DNA of 64,000 nt from Eledone cirrhosa (lineage: Eukaryota), in the NCBI GenBank assembly GCA_964016885.1, contig OZ024755.1, forward strand, positions 32,736,001-32,800,000. Reading direction: 5' to 3'. The translations under genes and the position numbers were made by a program. Positions 28,295-41,896 of this stretch are shown piece after piece (the stretch's first letter is position 1; every line of letters begins with the position of its first letter). Under the pieces are notes generated by a model. It was not told where the DNA came from. It did no database searches and saw nothing but the letters and a program-made list of their open reading frames with translations.

Positions 28295-28360
28295 GAGATA
28301 GATAGATAGATAGATAGATAGCGAGATAGAGAGAGAGAGAGAGATAGATAGATATAGAGA
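27243..28360. repeat. GA-rich compound repeat grading into (GATA)n
   Basis: Directly visible; ORFs at 27191-28363 are artefacts. Confidence 0.95.
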
Positions 28361-28392
28361 CATATGGATATAATCAGGAATAATACAAATGC

Positions 28393-28650
28393 AGACCTGC
28401 CAATCTCTAAAACCCCAAACGAGGAGTAACGTGAAAAAAAGTGCCCCAGATTTTACATAATTGTTTGTTTTTTAGGCACAAGGCCAGCAATTATCCAGTA
28501 CATTACTGGTACTTTATTTTATCGACCCCTTTACATAATGAAAGCTATACTCATTTTCACAAGAAAAAGAAAAAAAAATTCTCACCCAGCCCCAAATGGG
28601 TGGGAGATCTCCCCGTCATATGGGGAGAGTTGACAGGTCTACAAATTCAA
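28393..28650 (+). mobile_element. MITE-like element (ends CAGACCTGCCAA / TTGACAGGTCT) interrupted by a SINE A fragment
   Basis: Homolog without the insertion at about 54216-54410; TTTACATAAT is duplicated on both sides of the insert. Confidence 0.7.
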
Positions 28651-29003
28651 AGTAACTATCTTAATAGTTTCTTTTTTCCATTATAACGAATTTTTCAATA
28701 TAACGAAATTTTTGTTTTTCAATCCCCGGCCACACAATCGATGCGTTCAGTCGATCTCGTTATAAAGCATTTTTCGTTACAACGAATTTTTTTTTATACC
28801 CCACGAATTTCGTTATAAGGGAATTTCACTGTATTGAATGGAAACAGTTTATGCAATCTTCATACTAGGTGTTTTATTGATTAAAAAAACGAATAAGGCC
28901 ATACAAATGGCGGAAAATATTTACGATTCCGCGAATATGTGGTGGATTCCGCGAACAATTATTAGTTAGGTTCTAAGGAAAATTCCGCGAATAACCGTAC
29001 ACT

Positions 29004-29040
<37 letters not shown>

Positions 29041-29130
29041 CTGTAGTACAAGTGTGGTAGAAATATCCAAGAGTAAGAACACTCAGTCCATGACTCAATC
29101 CAGACGAGTTAAGTATAATTCTATATACAC

Positions 29131-29171
<41 letters not shown>

Positions 29172-29312
29172 AATATAGAACCATCTCGATTAAGGCTCAG
29201 AATTGACTAAAAGAAAGATCACAGTTAAGTACTCTAAAATAAAGAACCTCACTTGATCGTCAGAGAGGGTTTTCGGATAAAAAAAACATTAGGTGAGATA
29301 AGATATATTCAC

Positions 29313-29400
29313 CTGTTGCTGAGCTTATGCACGAAAAATAATCCAACATGTTCTCAAAGTAATCCAACATGGCGCACAAGCAAACACGCATGCGTAGAAT
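29313..29400 (-). promoter_or_regulatory. Promoter-like element / candidate first exon
   Basis: YY1-like CAACATGGCG (29365-29374), NRF1-like palindrome ACGCATGCGT (29386-29395) and minus-strand donor CAG|GTGAAT at 29313. Confidence 0.45.
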
Positions 29401-29952
29401 TAACAAGACAAACTTTGTATAGATCAGGTGACAGTATAAATTTTTACTAGAAAAATCAGTCAATTTAAAAACGTCTAACGACTAAACAATTAAGGAGTAG
29501 CCATTAATACATATGTAAGATTTAGTCAGTAATATATATTACATCTCAATGAATAACATCGGTTAGAATATAACTCAGAGAAGCTTATAAATACAAATAT
29601 AGAACCATCTTGAATTGACTAAACCAGGGTCAGAATAGAGTAGATATTATGTCTGATAGTATACAGTTCTATAACTGCTATAGATCAGTCAATATATCGA
29701 TATGGTCAACCCTCTGAAACGATCGTAAAATAATAAGATATGTAAAATAACTTGCCTTTGTTATCATTGGTAAAAAAAAACCCACACATACATACATACA
29801 TACATACACACATATATATATATATACATATATATATATCAAATTGATATGTTGTGTTTTTATAAATCGAATTACGATTTGGTCTTTGAAGCAATTGTAA
29901 GCGAATAAATATTTTTTCAAGAATTTGGTTGTTTATTCTCCCACTAAAATGA

Positions 29953-29967
29953 TATATATATATATAA

Positions 29968-30022
<55 letters not shown>

Positions 30023-30073
30023 AATATATATATATATAAATATATATATATATAAATATATATATATATAAAT

Positions 30074-30166
<93 letters not shown>

Positions 30167-30257
30167 AATATATATATAAATATATATATAAATATATAAA
30201 TATATATATATATATATAAATATATATATAAATATATATATAAATATATAAATATAT

Positions 30258-30308
<51 letters not shown>

Positions 30309-30382
30309 TATATATAAATATAAATATATATATATAAATAAAAATATATATATATAAATAAAAATATATATATGTAAATAAA

Positions 30383-30445
<63 letters not shown>
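29953..30445. repeat. (TA)n/(TAAA) microsatellite
   Basis: Directly visible. Confidence 0.97.
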
Positions 30446-30448
<3 letters not shown>

Positions 30449-30650
30449 AAAAGAGTCACGGCTGAGCTCTAGCCGTTTCGACAGCTAGATGCGAACTCAG
30501 ATCTAGCTGTGCGAATCTAGCCGTCGAAACGGACGGAGCTCAGCCGTAGGGGTCCTGACTATTTTCCTATTACCCACTCTACTATCCTGAGTATCGAGTA
30601 CTCTGGTGCTTTATGGTCCACCTGGTATCTTACCACACCTTCTTTGTTAT
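30444..30650. mobile_element. Diverged copy of the palindromic (TA)-embedded family
   Basis: ATAGGAAA...CGGCTGAGCTC..GCCGTTTCGAC / GTCGAAACGG..GAGCTCAGCCG...TTTCCTAT, followed by the same TACCCACTCTAC tail as at 10051. Confidence 0.8.
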
Positions 30651-30929
30651 ATATATATATATAAAAACAGTGATGAAATTCCGTTATAACGTAATTCACT
30701 TGCATATATATATATGTGTATAAACAGTGAAATTCCGTTATAACGAAATTCACGGATGGAAACTGTACAGAAGCCCATATATTTTTATAGTTGTAAGAGT
30801 CTGGCGTTCGTGCGTCAGCATCAACAGTTTTCCAAGAGATGTTCACATGTATAGACCTGTTATTTTTATATAAAGACATTCTTCCAATTCCACCCCGCCC
30901 GTCCCTTCAATCTATCTTATTTCTAATCT

Positions 30930-30968
30930 TTTTTTCTGATGAAAGACTAGCGTCCGAAGCGTTAAGAC
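30930..30968 (+). ncRNA. Degenerate minimal hammerhead in a Penelope-like pLTR fragment
   Basis: CTGATGA-A-AGAC-TAGC-GTCC-GAAGCGTTA; GAAA is changed to GAAG, so probably inactive. Confidence 0.45.
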
Positions 30969-31057
30969 CCTCCTCCTGCTATATCAAGTGTTAACCTAAT
31001 ATAATATATCCCTTCCATATACTGTACCAATTGTATTGTTATATCTGTTTACATTTT

Positions 31058-31100
<43 letters not shown>

Positions 31101-31463
31101 GACATACAAGCAGACACTGAAAAAGATCTACACAAGCGATCTAATTAAGATAAAAAAACGTACAACGAAACAGTATTTTACTCATCAAATTTCAATTGGA
31201 TTATATAATATTGACAATAAAGTAGAAAGTATCGAAAGAAAAGGAAAAAAGCGGCAAAATAAAGAAGAAAAAGATGCTAATTCTACACCAGCCTAGGCGG
31301 CATATCTTAGAAAAACCAACTATTTATTTTGAACAATGTACCAATCAAAATTAGACAGCTGACATTTTCCTTCATAAAACCAATCATATATAAAAGTATA
31401 CAATGTATACTCTGATTAGGATGCTGTTAAGGAGTGTATACACTTTCTTGGACACACTGTATA

Positions 31464-31534
<71 letters not shown>

Positions 31535-31925
31535 CTGTATATATATATATAAAATAATTGTTTCTTCTACGAGCACAAGGCCAGCAATTATCCCAGTGCA
31601 TTACTGGTACTTTATTTTATCGACCCCGTAAGGACGAAAGGCTAAGTTAACCTCGGCGGGATTTGAACACAGATCATAAAGAGCCGTAACTCTCTCTCTA
31701 TATATATATATTAGTTTAACAATGATAATAATAACGATGGCAAGTTGTTTTACATATTCATTTCATTGTTTTACGATCGTTTCGGAGGGTTGATCATATT
31801 GAAATATTGACTGATCTATAGCAGTTAGAGAATTGTATACTATCAGACATAATATATTGGTTCGATCTTATCGTCTTCATCGGAAACAATTACTTTCTGA
31901 CGGATTACATTACTCAATGTAATCC

Positions 31926-32034
<109 letters not shown>

Positions 32035-32075
32035 TACATACATATATATACATATATATACATACATATATATAC

Positions 32076-32116
<41 letters not shown>

Positions 32117-32149
32117 CATATAAATACATACATATATATACATACATAC

Positions 32150-32199
<50 letters not shown>

Positions 32200-32281
32200 A
32201 TGGAATAGAATGAAACGAAATTTCATTTCTCACTCTTAGTACGGCATACATATATATATAAATGAAATAACAGGAGGCTTA

Positions 32282-32323
<42 letters not shown>

Positions 32324-32419
32324 GTACATATTGTATGTTTAATAATATACTGTATGTTTATTTTTAAACATTTTGAAGGCCTTTCGTTATGAATGTAAGC
32401 TTGTGTCAATCGTCACATA

Positions 32420-32700
32420 CTAGCTTCAGCAAAAACAAAGGGAAGTAACCGACGATCGTTTCTCGCTGTTTAGCAGTTATCAAGGTTATATATCCTTCTG
32501 TTTTTGCTGTCAGCTGTAGAAGCTGGATTCTTATAGAATACCAATTAAGTTTATGTGTTGTTTATGCTCCTTAACATACAGAGCGGTTGTCGGCCCAACA
32601 ACAATTAGAAATGTGTGTTGGAGCTCTGAAATAGCGATATATATATATATATATATGAATGTACATATTGTATAACAAAAAATAAAACAAAGATTACCAG
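32420..32700 (+). promoter_or_regulatory. Candidate promoter / non-coding first exon
   Basis: Unique CpG-containing sequence with ETS-like GGAAGT (~32442) and donor CAG|GTAACT at 32700/32701. Confidence 0.3.
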
Positions 32701-33599
32701 GTAACTATTTCGCTACCTCATCTTACAGTCCATTTTGCATTGTTTAGCCTTCTATCTCTTTCCACATTATATATTATATTCAATGTGTCAACCAAACTAC
32801 AACATTTTAATATCGAATATGTAAAAGACAAAATTATATAAAAAAGGGAATTGATAGTAGTTTTAAATAAATATTATTCCACAGTTATATAAGGGTATGT
32901 AGTAATATTCTGTAATATTTGTTACAGATAAGAGCTTAAAACAAAGAGGCTCGTATGATAAAATTGAGATAAACTGACATAATTTAGTGGATTAAAGTCA
33001 AAAGGATTTCATAATGAATTATTCAGTAGTAAAAAATACAAAGACAGATTAAAGCTGTTTCTATGTCATCATTATATTTGACAGGCTTACCATTCTCTAT
33101 ACATGTCTAATATATTACATCATCGCTGTTTGTTACATCATCACTGTTATCCTGTGACTTAAGACATATTGACGACTATGGTGGGTAGACAGTGCTAGAT
33201 TCAAGATAAATACGGCCCTGTACTAGTTAAGCTATGAGGCCCCTTACTTAGGCCCTGAAGGAGGTAAAAAATTGTTTTGGCAGGAAGATGGGTCCTTGAC
33301 CAACGGAGCCCTGTGCTTAAGCTCACCTAAGCACAATGGTAAAGACGACTATAGTGGGTAGATGTCAACATTAGGGGACAGCTGAAGTCATTTTAGTTTC
33401 ATAGGCCGTCAACTAGATTTAAAAAGATGTTAGACTTGATATGTAATACAGAAAACGTACTGGTTTGATGGGAGAGAACCTCTACTCTCCATAAATTCAG
33501 TTCAGTGGATAAAAAGCCGTAACTATGCTGCAAAGCATGGCGTCCGACCTTCAACCGATACTGCAAATCCACACAAGTAGCAGCAGTATAAGAACCTTT

Positions 33600-34225
33600 G
33601 AAATTATGTCTTTCAAATTCTCGAAGGCTCACTACAAATAGTTGGCAGCTTTTGTTAACCTAGGTGAGCTAACCTGTAGTGAAGGGCTGCTTTGAAAGCA
33701 TAGCTGCTACAGCAAGGACAGATGAAGAAGCATTTCAGAGAATTATTACCTCTGTTGGCAATAAGGTTCTTCTCTCTGTGAAAGATTTGGAAATTTTATG
33801 ACACTTCTGTACCATGTGTGATGTTACATTGTAACAAGACATGAGAGATGTGCAAAGGTTGTAAAGAAATGAGGTGAGCATGTTATGCTGGACGCGAAAT
33901 GTCAGCATGCATGAAGAACGGAGCACAGGAAAGCTGAGAAAACAAAATAGACATTAGAGGAATCAGCTATGGTGTTATAAAAGAAACTGTGCTGTCATGA
34001 ACATGTAATATGTATGAATGATGGCAATTAGACAAAATACTATACGTGGAAGGAACCTCTAGAAGGAAAAAAACAAACAAACAAGTGGTTAGAACCGATC
34101 TTATGAGACTGAAACTCATGAAAGTGATTATTAAGGACTGTAAGCAAGTGCTGAGATATAGAGCTGGAATAAATTTGTCCAACCCATACCAGCATGGAAA
34201 AAAAATGGAAGTATTATGATGACGG
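33600..34225 (+). mobile_element. Degraded RTE-clade LINE 3' fragment
   Basis: Remnants such as FRELLPLL and RNEVSML.W..NVS.H; 3' end TCCAACCCATACCAGCATGGAAA...ATGATGA. Confidence 0.75.
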
Positions 34226-35451
34226 TGTTGTGATATAATTGTTTCTACGTTAGGCACAAGGCCAGCAATTACCCAGTGCATTACTGGTACTTTATTTTAT
34301 CGACCCCGTAAGGATGAAAGTCAAAGTTAACCTTGGCGGGATTTGAACAAAGAATGGCAAGGGCCGTAACTCTATGCGTCAAAGCATGGCGTCCGACCCT
34401 CTAATGTAATGAATTGTGTAAAGTTTTACATCGTGGTATGGTGTCTAGAAGAACTGGCAGTGTAGTAGTAACTTTTTTTCTACCGACGACACTTGATTAA
34501 ACATAAATAACCGATAGATTAAATTTCCATAAAAATAGCTGCTTTTTTTCTTAAGACTTCACAAACTCTGAACAAAGTGGTTAGTGAAGTAAGACACAAA
34601 GCCACAGAATGTAACAGTGACCAAACAACATGCAACTTATCTCTTCAATCATGGCGTTATAAAGAATAATGAAACAATATTCTTTGACACTGGTACTGGT
34701 ATTGGCATGGCTACAACAACAACAACTGTGTAGCTATATGTTAAATAGCTGACCATGTGAACAGTGTAAAATAAAATAACTGAAGCTGTAGTAGCTAGAT
34801 GGTGTTATGTTTTGTAATAAAGTACCAGTAATGCACTGGGTATTTGCTGGCCTTGTGCCTAAAGTAGAAACAGTTATGTTTTGGAGGGAGAATTAACCTC
34901 ATTGGAATGGTTTGGTATGTTGTGGTGTAGTGTATAATAACTGTATGGGACATCTACAATAGCTATTGCTAAGTTATGGTTCAATTACGTTGTTGGAAAC
35001 TATCAATATATTTTGATTAATTCTTCCCTTTGACCTTAAATATTTATATATGGTTTGAACGAGGCTTAATTATAAACCTTCCCCTTCCTATACAGAAAGA
35101 AAAACAACATAATTTCAAATAATTAGATGTGTATTGAGAATATTACTAATTGGATTGATAGAGATCAAATTTTCAGCACCTCTTGAAAGGTCACATTTCA
35201 GTAGCCAAACAGAAATCTAAAGTTTTGCCATGTGAACAGGTCAGACATAGAAAACCCAAGAAAGAAAAAAAAAAGGGAAAGAACTTGTGTGTTTTACTTC
35301 CCACACAAATATAGTAATGTTGTTTCATTGCTAAATTACTGGCTTATTTAACCCTTTTATTACCATATTTCTAATGAAATACATTGTATTTTAATTAATT
35401 AATGAAGAATACGGGTGAATTTGCTAAAATCATTCATTATTTCATTATTAA

Positions 35452-35630
35452 GGGCGGTGGATTGGCAGTATCGGTAGAGGGTCGGACGCCATGCTTTCCA
35501 GAATAGTTACGATCTGAGTTCAAATCCCGCCGAGGTTGATTTTGCCTTTCATCCTTACGGGGTCGATAAAATAAAGTACCAGTAATGCACAGGGTAATTG
35601 CTGGCCTTGTGCCTAAAGTAGAAGCAATTA
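35452..35630 (+). mobile_element. SINE A with 17-bp target-site duplication
   Basis: ATTATTTCATTATTAAG at 35436-35452 and 35627-35643. Confidence 0.92.
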
Positions 35631-36239
35631 TTTCATTATTAAGATTTGTAGCATAACTTAACAAAAGGTTCTCAAACGAAATTATGTTGGAAGGTTTTAA
35701 CTGAAATACAAACTTTTTAAAATGGATGCTTTTCTTTCATAGAACCAGAGGCGTATTTCAGCAGGTTGATATCAAAAGAGTTAAAGTTTCATAAAAAGAC
35801 AGTACACCTCAACACAAAAATACTCGAACAAATACTAAGATGTGTAGAAGTTATAGATGTATAAGAAAGTAAACATATTACAGGGGTGATGGAAGCATTT
35901 CTGAATTGGTGGTGGTGGTGGTGGTGGTCGTTGCAAATTTGTTTAGCTGTTATTATCAAATATCAATCAAGATATAAAAAACTTCGATATGTACATAAAT
36001 TGTAGCACATATACAAATAGATGTGTGTTTTCGTAGTTTGGGGAGAAAAATATAATTAGAGAGGGGTGATTAATTAAAATAGAGTGTATTTTATTAAAAG
36101 TGCGGTCATGAAAGGGTTAAAGAACTTCTTTTTCTTTTTAGTTTCTTGTAAATAAACAGGTAAAATATAGGTTGGTTGGTGTTTTTGTTGTTGTGGGTTA
36201 GTATTTCTAGGATATTAACTAAATCTTGATTTTAGCGTG

Positions 36240-36900
36240 GCAAACAAAAAACGTCCATTTGGATTCCATTTTCGGAAAGGTATGACTAAACAAAGAAAGG
36301 TAAAATCAACAAAGAAGTTAGCGGGGTTCTTCAGGTTTCTAAACCATGCTAATGAAGACTGAAGACGGTGGCATGGAAATAAAACATTAATTAACCATCA
36401 AGAAACTAGTATAAGTTTGAATATTGAGAATAGTCATCATAATGAAGCTAGAGAAGAGGTTAATATGGCAGCTGCATATCAAGAAGTTATACTTAATAAG
36501 TCTCATGTTGAGTCAAATATTCCTGTAAAACATTAACGAAGCAGATGAGACAAACTTGTCAACATCTCAACAAAATTAGAATATTATTTATACAGTCTGC
36601 CACTTCTTTCTGTTGTGTCATTGGAAATATTTTGATGTTAGACTTCTTATTTGGAGCTTAAATATAAAAAGACAATCGTACAAGGCGACACTGTATATAA
36701 ATTAATGCCTTCAAATTTCATGTTCCTTCCAGCGTTCCATGCCCCTCTCCCAATATATATTGACATTAAAGTAAATTGTTAACATTAGATGCCAGCCTTG
36801 AAGGTCACTAAAATCCTTCACAGCCAGCTGGTTCACTAAGAGACAGTAGACTAATTTTGGTGCCATGCAAATGTCACAGATTAGACCAAAACTACTAAGG
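36240..36900 (+). pseudogene. Possible hAT transposase N-terminal relic
   Basis: KRPFGFHFRK and QRKVKSTKKLAGFFRFL resemble hAT N-termini; a terminal sequence related to 42649-43090 lies upstream at 35881-36066. Many stops. Confidence 0.25.
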
Positions 36901-37124
36901 AAATTTTACCAAAATGTGTGAAGAAAATCTCAGCCTGTGAAATATAAAACACGAGGGCATTTACACCACTGAAATGCAAAAAGAAACAACAAAAATCTAT
37001 GAATTTATAAAGTAGGGAAGAATGTTTTTAGGACAATGATGTTAATGTCACATACAAGGTTGTACAATGTTACTGGGGTTGAGTTTTCACAACAGATACA
37101 AGGTAATTACAAGAATGAAGCTGA

Positions 37125-37600
37125 GAGGGTGGGGCTTATGACTACCTATTTAGAGACACACACAAATCCGGGGTGGGGGCTTATGACTACCTATTTAGAG
37201 ACACACACAAATCCGAGGGTGGGGCTTATGACTACCTATCTATAGACACACACAAACCCGAGGGTGGGGCTTATGACTACCTATCTATAGACACACACAA
37301 ATCCGAGGGTGGGGCTTATGACTACCTATACATGAACACACACACAAACCCGAGGGTGAGGCTTATGACTACCTATACATGAACACACACACAAACCCGA
37401 GGGTGGAGCTTATGACTACCTATCTGTAGACACACAAACCCGAGGGTGGGGCTTATGACTACATATCTATAGACACACACAAACCCGAGGGTGGGGCTTA
37501 TGACTACCTATACGTGAACACACACAAGGGTGGGGTTATGGCCACCTATATATAAACACTCAAACACGAGAGTGGGGGATTACCTACCCATAAACACACA
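37125..37600. repeat. ~45-bp minisatellite, about 10 copies
   Basis: GAGGGTGGGGCTTATGACTACCTATCTATAGACACACACAAACCC repeated. Confidence 0.92.
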
Positions 37601-38030
37601 CAAACACACACACATATATATAAAGTGGTTGGTGAAAGTAAGGGCATCTAGCTATAGAAAACTTGCCAAAATGCTACAAAAACTTTAGTGGTTTGGCATT
37701 TTCATGGTGAACCTTTGATGGTAGTTGTCCTGTCATACAAAAATATATTTTTACATGCATGGCATCACAAATTTATTCATACTTATATTAAATTGAAACA
37801 ATCTTTTCCTTGTGAGACTATATATTGAGACTAAAGCATTTATCTTCAAGCAATTTAAGTAATACCAATTGTAGCAGCTGTTAATTTTGTAATATTTGGG
37901 GAGGGTCATGTTGTTATAATATTGCCAGAACTATATAATAAAACACACTCAAAAGGAAAGCGAATGGGGTGGACAAACGAACCACTGCCAGAAAAGATAT
38001 CGCAAGGACCACTGGAACTTCTCTAATAAT

Positions 38031-38240
38031 TTTTTAGGCAAGCCAGCACGCTCTCAGAGTTATCCCGGGTGATGGCGAGGCTGATGCGCTGGAACAGCCA
38101 AGCGCCCTCACGAGCATCACCAGTTACTTCGGTTAGGCGAGCTGCCAGTGATGACAAGAACCTCGCAGTCAGCAGCGCGGCCCAACTTCCCCCAAATGTC
38201 TCGAACGCCTCAGGCTGGAAAAGGTAGCTAACCGAGACAG
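38031..38240 (-). mobile_element. CRE-like (restriction-like endonuclease) LINE C-terminus
   Basis: YLFQPEAFETFG...RFLSSLAARLTEVTGDAREGAWLFQRISLAITRDNSESVL. Confidence 0.8.
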
Positions 38241-38575
38241 GTGCTGATTATGAGGGGAAAACATTTGAGGGATGTATATCTTTATTCATCACTACTTTTA
38301 TTTATATTTGGTTATGTAGTTTTGAAACAATGAAGATAATGTTTGCATATAAAATAGCTATATTTAGTAAACATTAAGCCTATATTCCAGAAAACCGGAA
38401 AATCCAGATCAGCTCTAGTTTTAAACTTGTTAGATAAATGATCCGGTATTTGTATGACTCACTTCAATATTTTATACCACATAATATATTGACGTGTATT
38501 TCTACAATTATTCTGCACTTTACACCACTTCGTTTTATTTCATTTCTCTTCGACGTTGTAAGAAAACAAGCCCTT

Positions 38576-38624
<49 letters not shown>

Positions 38625-38752
38625 ATATATATATATATATATGTAGGAGGTGAGTTTTATTGTAGCACAATAAAGCAATGCAAATATCGTTATATCTTGA
38701 TTTAACACTTCACTGCTCGCAAGTGTTTTTTAAGCTTCATATCATGTCTCCC

Positions 38753-38823
38753 TATTTTATCTGATGAGAACGCAAATATCATCCCATGATGATATTTGTT
38801 TTTGAAATGTGCATAATAAAATA
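38753..38823 (+). ncRNA. Type I hammerhead ribozyme motif (family A)
   Basis: tattttat-CTGATGA-gaacgcaaatatcatc-ccat-gatgatatttgttttt-GAA-ATGTGCAT-A|ataaaata; predicted cleavage after 38815. Lies in a ~165-bp element (38690-38856) next to (TA)n. Confidence 0.82.
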
Positions 38824-38875
38824 CATGGAACTCTTTTAACCATCTTTTGATCTTATATTATATATAATTTATTAT

Positions 38876-38907
<32 letters not shown>

Positions 38908-39109
38908 AAATTTAGTACAGCATCATCGAAGCTCGAAGCTCTGGTTGCAGCCAAGCTAACGAATGCAATCTCGGTGTACAGCTAAGCACTCAATAGGGTA
39001 TATTACCCTAGAGTTATAACATTACGTTTAGACAGCTTTGCAACTTGAAGACAGCGACCGATAGACGGGCCGCTGTGACCATAGCGACGAAAAAAACTGA
39101 ACTCAGGAT

Positions 39110-39140
<31 letters not shown>

Positions 39141-39296
39141 ATGAAAAGTATTGAGTACTCTGGTGCCTTACCACACCGGATTTGTTATATATATATATAT
39201 CCCACTCTCAAGGGTGAATCTAATACCAGACACTTTTCGTAACTGTACTCCTTGTTATTGTTTTTTACTATTATATATATGTATGTATGTATGTAT

Positions 39297-39661
39297 GGAA
39301 AACTCTGATATAACACCTGCAACCCTGATGGTATCCAATGATGTTGACTTGTTCTTCTTTTTGGTAAATATCATCTTGGCTAAGAGAGTGGGACTGGCTT
39401 TGTGCAGTGCCTTTGCTCACTATAAAAGCTTCACGGCACATGCATTGCTTTATATCTGGAGATCTCTCTGCACTTGTCATCACATGGTACCATGGGCCCT
39501 GCACTATGTGTCAATAATTGTCACAAGTGTAGTGTTTGTACCAGAGTTTTCAAGTCGCTGGCTGGACTAGAAAGTCACACTCGTTCAGGGCATCGGTAGG
39601 AGTTCTCCTACATGGATATAAAGTAGTGGCCGTACTCGAAAACGAGTTGGCAGCCACCATG
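39297..39661 (+). mobile_element. 5'-truncated copy of the non-autonomous RTE derivative
   Basis: Near-identical to 53692-54055; flanked by (TATG)n; encodes CSVCTRVFKSLAGLESHTRSGH (C2H2). Confidence 0.8.
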
Positions 39662-39719
39662 TATGTATTTATGTATGTATGTGTATGTATGTATGTATGT
39701 ATATATGTATATATATAAG

Positions 39720-39751
<32 letters not shown>

Positions 39752-39756
<5 letters not shown>

Positions 39757-39912
39757 CAAAGGAATTGTGGTAAGGAACCAGATGGACCATAACGCACCAG
39801 AGTACTCAATACTTAGGGTAGTAGAGTGGGTAATAGGAAAATGTGTAACCCCGACGGCAGAGCTCAGACCGTTTCGACGGCTATTTCTGGACTAAAAAGT
39901 TAAACTTTTTCC

Positions 39913-39915
<3 letters not shown>
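39752..39915 (-). mobile_element. Palindromic (TA)-embedded family, copy with one arm mostly deleted
   Basis: Reverse complement of the 9990-10130 segment, retaining the ATAGGAAAA / TTTTCCTAT ends. Confidence 0.8.
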
Positions 39916-39982
<67 letters not shown>

Positions 39983-40024
39983 ATATATAAACCCGTAGAG
40001 CAAATATATGTACGTATATATATA

Positions 40025-40209
40025 TAGTAATAATAATAAATTTGAAGACTAAAATCCAAAGAGGACTTGATAAGGATAAATATATATCAAATATATAAGA
40101 ACCGTAGAGCAAATATTTATTAAAATAACAGATTAAAGTTTAAGCAAAGAATCGCTGCTTTCACCCTTAACGGGATCTTCTGATTCTTTGATTAAACTTT
40201 TATCTGTTA

Positions 40210-40216
<7 letters not shown>
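40025..40216. mobile_element. (TA)-embedded element with inverted 3' end
   Basis: Homolog at 47183-47449 is colinear; here the terminal ~60 bp is inverted, giving ~33-bp hairpin arms. Confidence 0.75.
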
Positions 40217-40248
<32 letters not shown>

Positions 40249-40494
40249 TATCGAGAATCGGAACTTCGGCCCACGAAATAACGAAACACAATCTTCGAAA
40301 TGTGTGGCAAAGTGCTCAATAGTTTGGATAAACCAGAGCTATAACTAACGTTTAATACCAACACACTGAGACGATGCTTAAACAATCATTCGCACAGCCA
40401 AAAATACGACCAAGAAAATTCGGGTCAGACAAATAAAAAAAAATATATATATATATCTATATATATATATAAATATAAATATATATATAAATAT

Positions 40495-40525
<31 letters not shown>

Positions 40526-40566
40526 CGATATTAAACAAATGGAAACTATATTTATAAAACCATATT

Positions 40567-40632
40567 TATTTCATTATACATATTTCAGGGATACCATATT
40601 AAAAATATGGCATGCCTTCGTCAGATAAAATA
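40567..40632 (-). ncRNA. Type I hammerhead ribozyme motif (family B)
   Basis: Minus strand: tattttat-CTGACGA-aggcatgccatatt-ttt-aatatggtatccct-GAA-ATATGTAT-A|atgaaata; the flanks are homologous to 16240-16415. Confidence 0.82.
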
Positions 40633-41085
40633 CAATATATAAGCAGTTTTATAAATAATTTTGACGTACCATAAATATAAGCGACCATTAAGATAGGACG
40701 CTATATATATATATATATAAAGGTCTTCGTTTAATTTTAGACAATCTTGGCTTGATTCTTTCTATTAGCGAGTACATTTATTATTTATCATATTTATCAT
40801 TGTCTGTGCATGTATGTATGTTTATATATATAAGAGAACGGTGCCCGACGGCTGAGCTCTGGCCGTTTCATCAGCTAGTTCCAGACTCTCTCTCTATATA
40901 TATATCATATTCGTAGCAAGCCCTTATAACACATTTCTTGTTTCATCTAGATTAAACCTATTATGTGCTGTGTATTGTATTCAAAACTGGTCTCTTTTAC
41001 TCTAGTTACTAAGTGCACTGAGAAAAAGAAATGTGTCAGTATACATATCTACCTATCTATTAAATATCTATCTAATATACACACA

Positions 41086-41162
41086 CACAGTGTCCACAAA
41101 AAATGTATACATACTTTGATTAGAATGCTGTTGAAGTGTGTATACATTTTTGAGACACCCTG
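41086..41162. mobile_element. Tc1/mariner-like MITE
   Basis: TIR-like CACAGTGTCC / GACACCCTG; relatives at 45325-45423 and about 31392-31460. Confidence 0.7.
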
Positions 41163-41227
41163 TGTGTGTGCGCGTATATATATATATATGTGTGTGTGGG
41201 TTTATATATTTATATATATCTATCTAT

Positions 41228-41483
41228 CTAGGGCGGGTAAAACTCCCGAGATCCATGGACGAATTCTCTCCAGCGGTCTCTGTCCCTCATTATCGCTGCC
41301 ATGTCCTGCGTCTCCAACAGACCAGTGTCTGTCCTTAGGACATCAACACACGTTAACGTAGGTCTTCCTCATCCAGTGTGTCCATGCAGGGGCTCTCACA
41401 GGAGCACTGAGTGCAGTGTCAACTCTGGATGTCAGCGAGCATGTCCAGCTAACCGTAGTCTCCTCTGTGTCACTTTTGAGCTG

Positions 41484-41484
<1 letters not shown>
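41228..41484 (-). mobile_element. RTE/RTEX-like LINE 3' end
   Basis: ISSKVTQRRLRLAGHAR..ELTLHSVLL.EP.HG..GRP...DTGLLETQDMAAIMRDRDRWREFVHGSREFYPP* with a (GATA)-type tail; second copy at 45750-45923. Confidence 0.8.
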
Positions 41485-41514
<30 letters not shown>

Positions 41515-41698
41515 CATATACACACACAAGCGTGTGTGCGCAAGTCATTTATCTAAGTATAAAAACCGGAGTAGAATTTATGGTAGAATATTTAATCATA
41601 GACTTTGAATATTACAGAAAGAAAAAAAAATTCAAAAGAAAACAAGTTTGTGTTGGCTTTGAATTAGATATAAAAGAATCTATAAAAAAAAAAGCGAC

Positions 41699-41896
41699 CT
41701 TTAATGCAACAGAAATGGCGTCTTCAACACAAAGTTCCCTGCTTGATGTTGAATTGATGTTATAAAATAGTCCTTGTTCCACATCATTTCGTCTCTCATT
41801 TTCCAATGAATTTTGCTGATCGCCTAAATCGATTGATGATTCAGCAACAGTAAATATCCAGTGTAAATCCAACTTATTTGGTGAGACAGCGGTCAT
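41699..41896 (-). CDS. Candidate first coding exon of an unidentified host gene (66 codons)
   Basis: ATG-initiated, non-repetitive MTAVSPNKLDLHWIFTVAESSIDLGDQQNSLENERRNDVEQGLFYNINSTSSRELCVEDAISVALK ends at the phase-0 donor AAG|GT; CpG-rich unique leader at about 41900-42320. Confidence 0.5.

Noticed and set aside
27191-28363. Longest ORFs (290-390 aa; also 3920-4460, 5991-7123, 47660-48780 and the YI/HT/CV-rich ORFs)
   Set aside because: They are translations of microsatellites that lack stops by composition, not genes.
31845-31885. Minus-strand CCGATGA...GAACC motif in an element also present inverted at 29640-29775
   Set aside because: Both core boxes are mutated; at most a dead relic.
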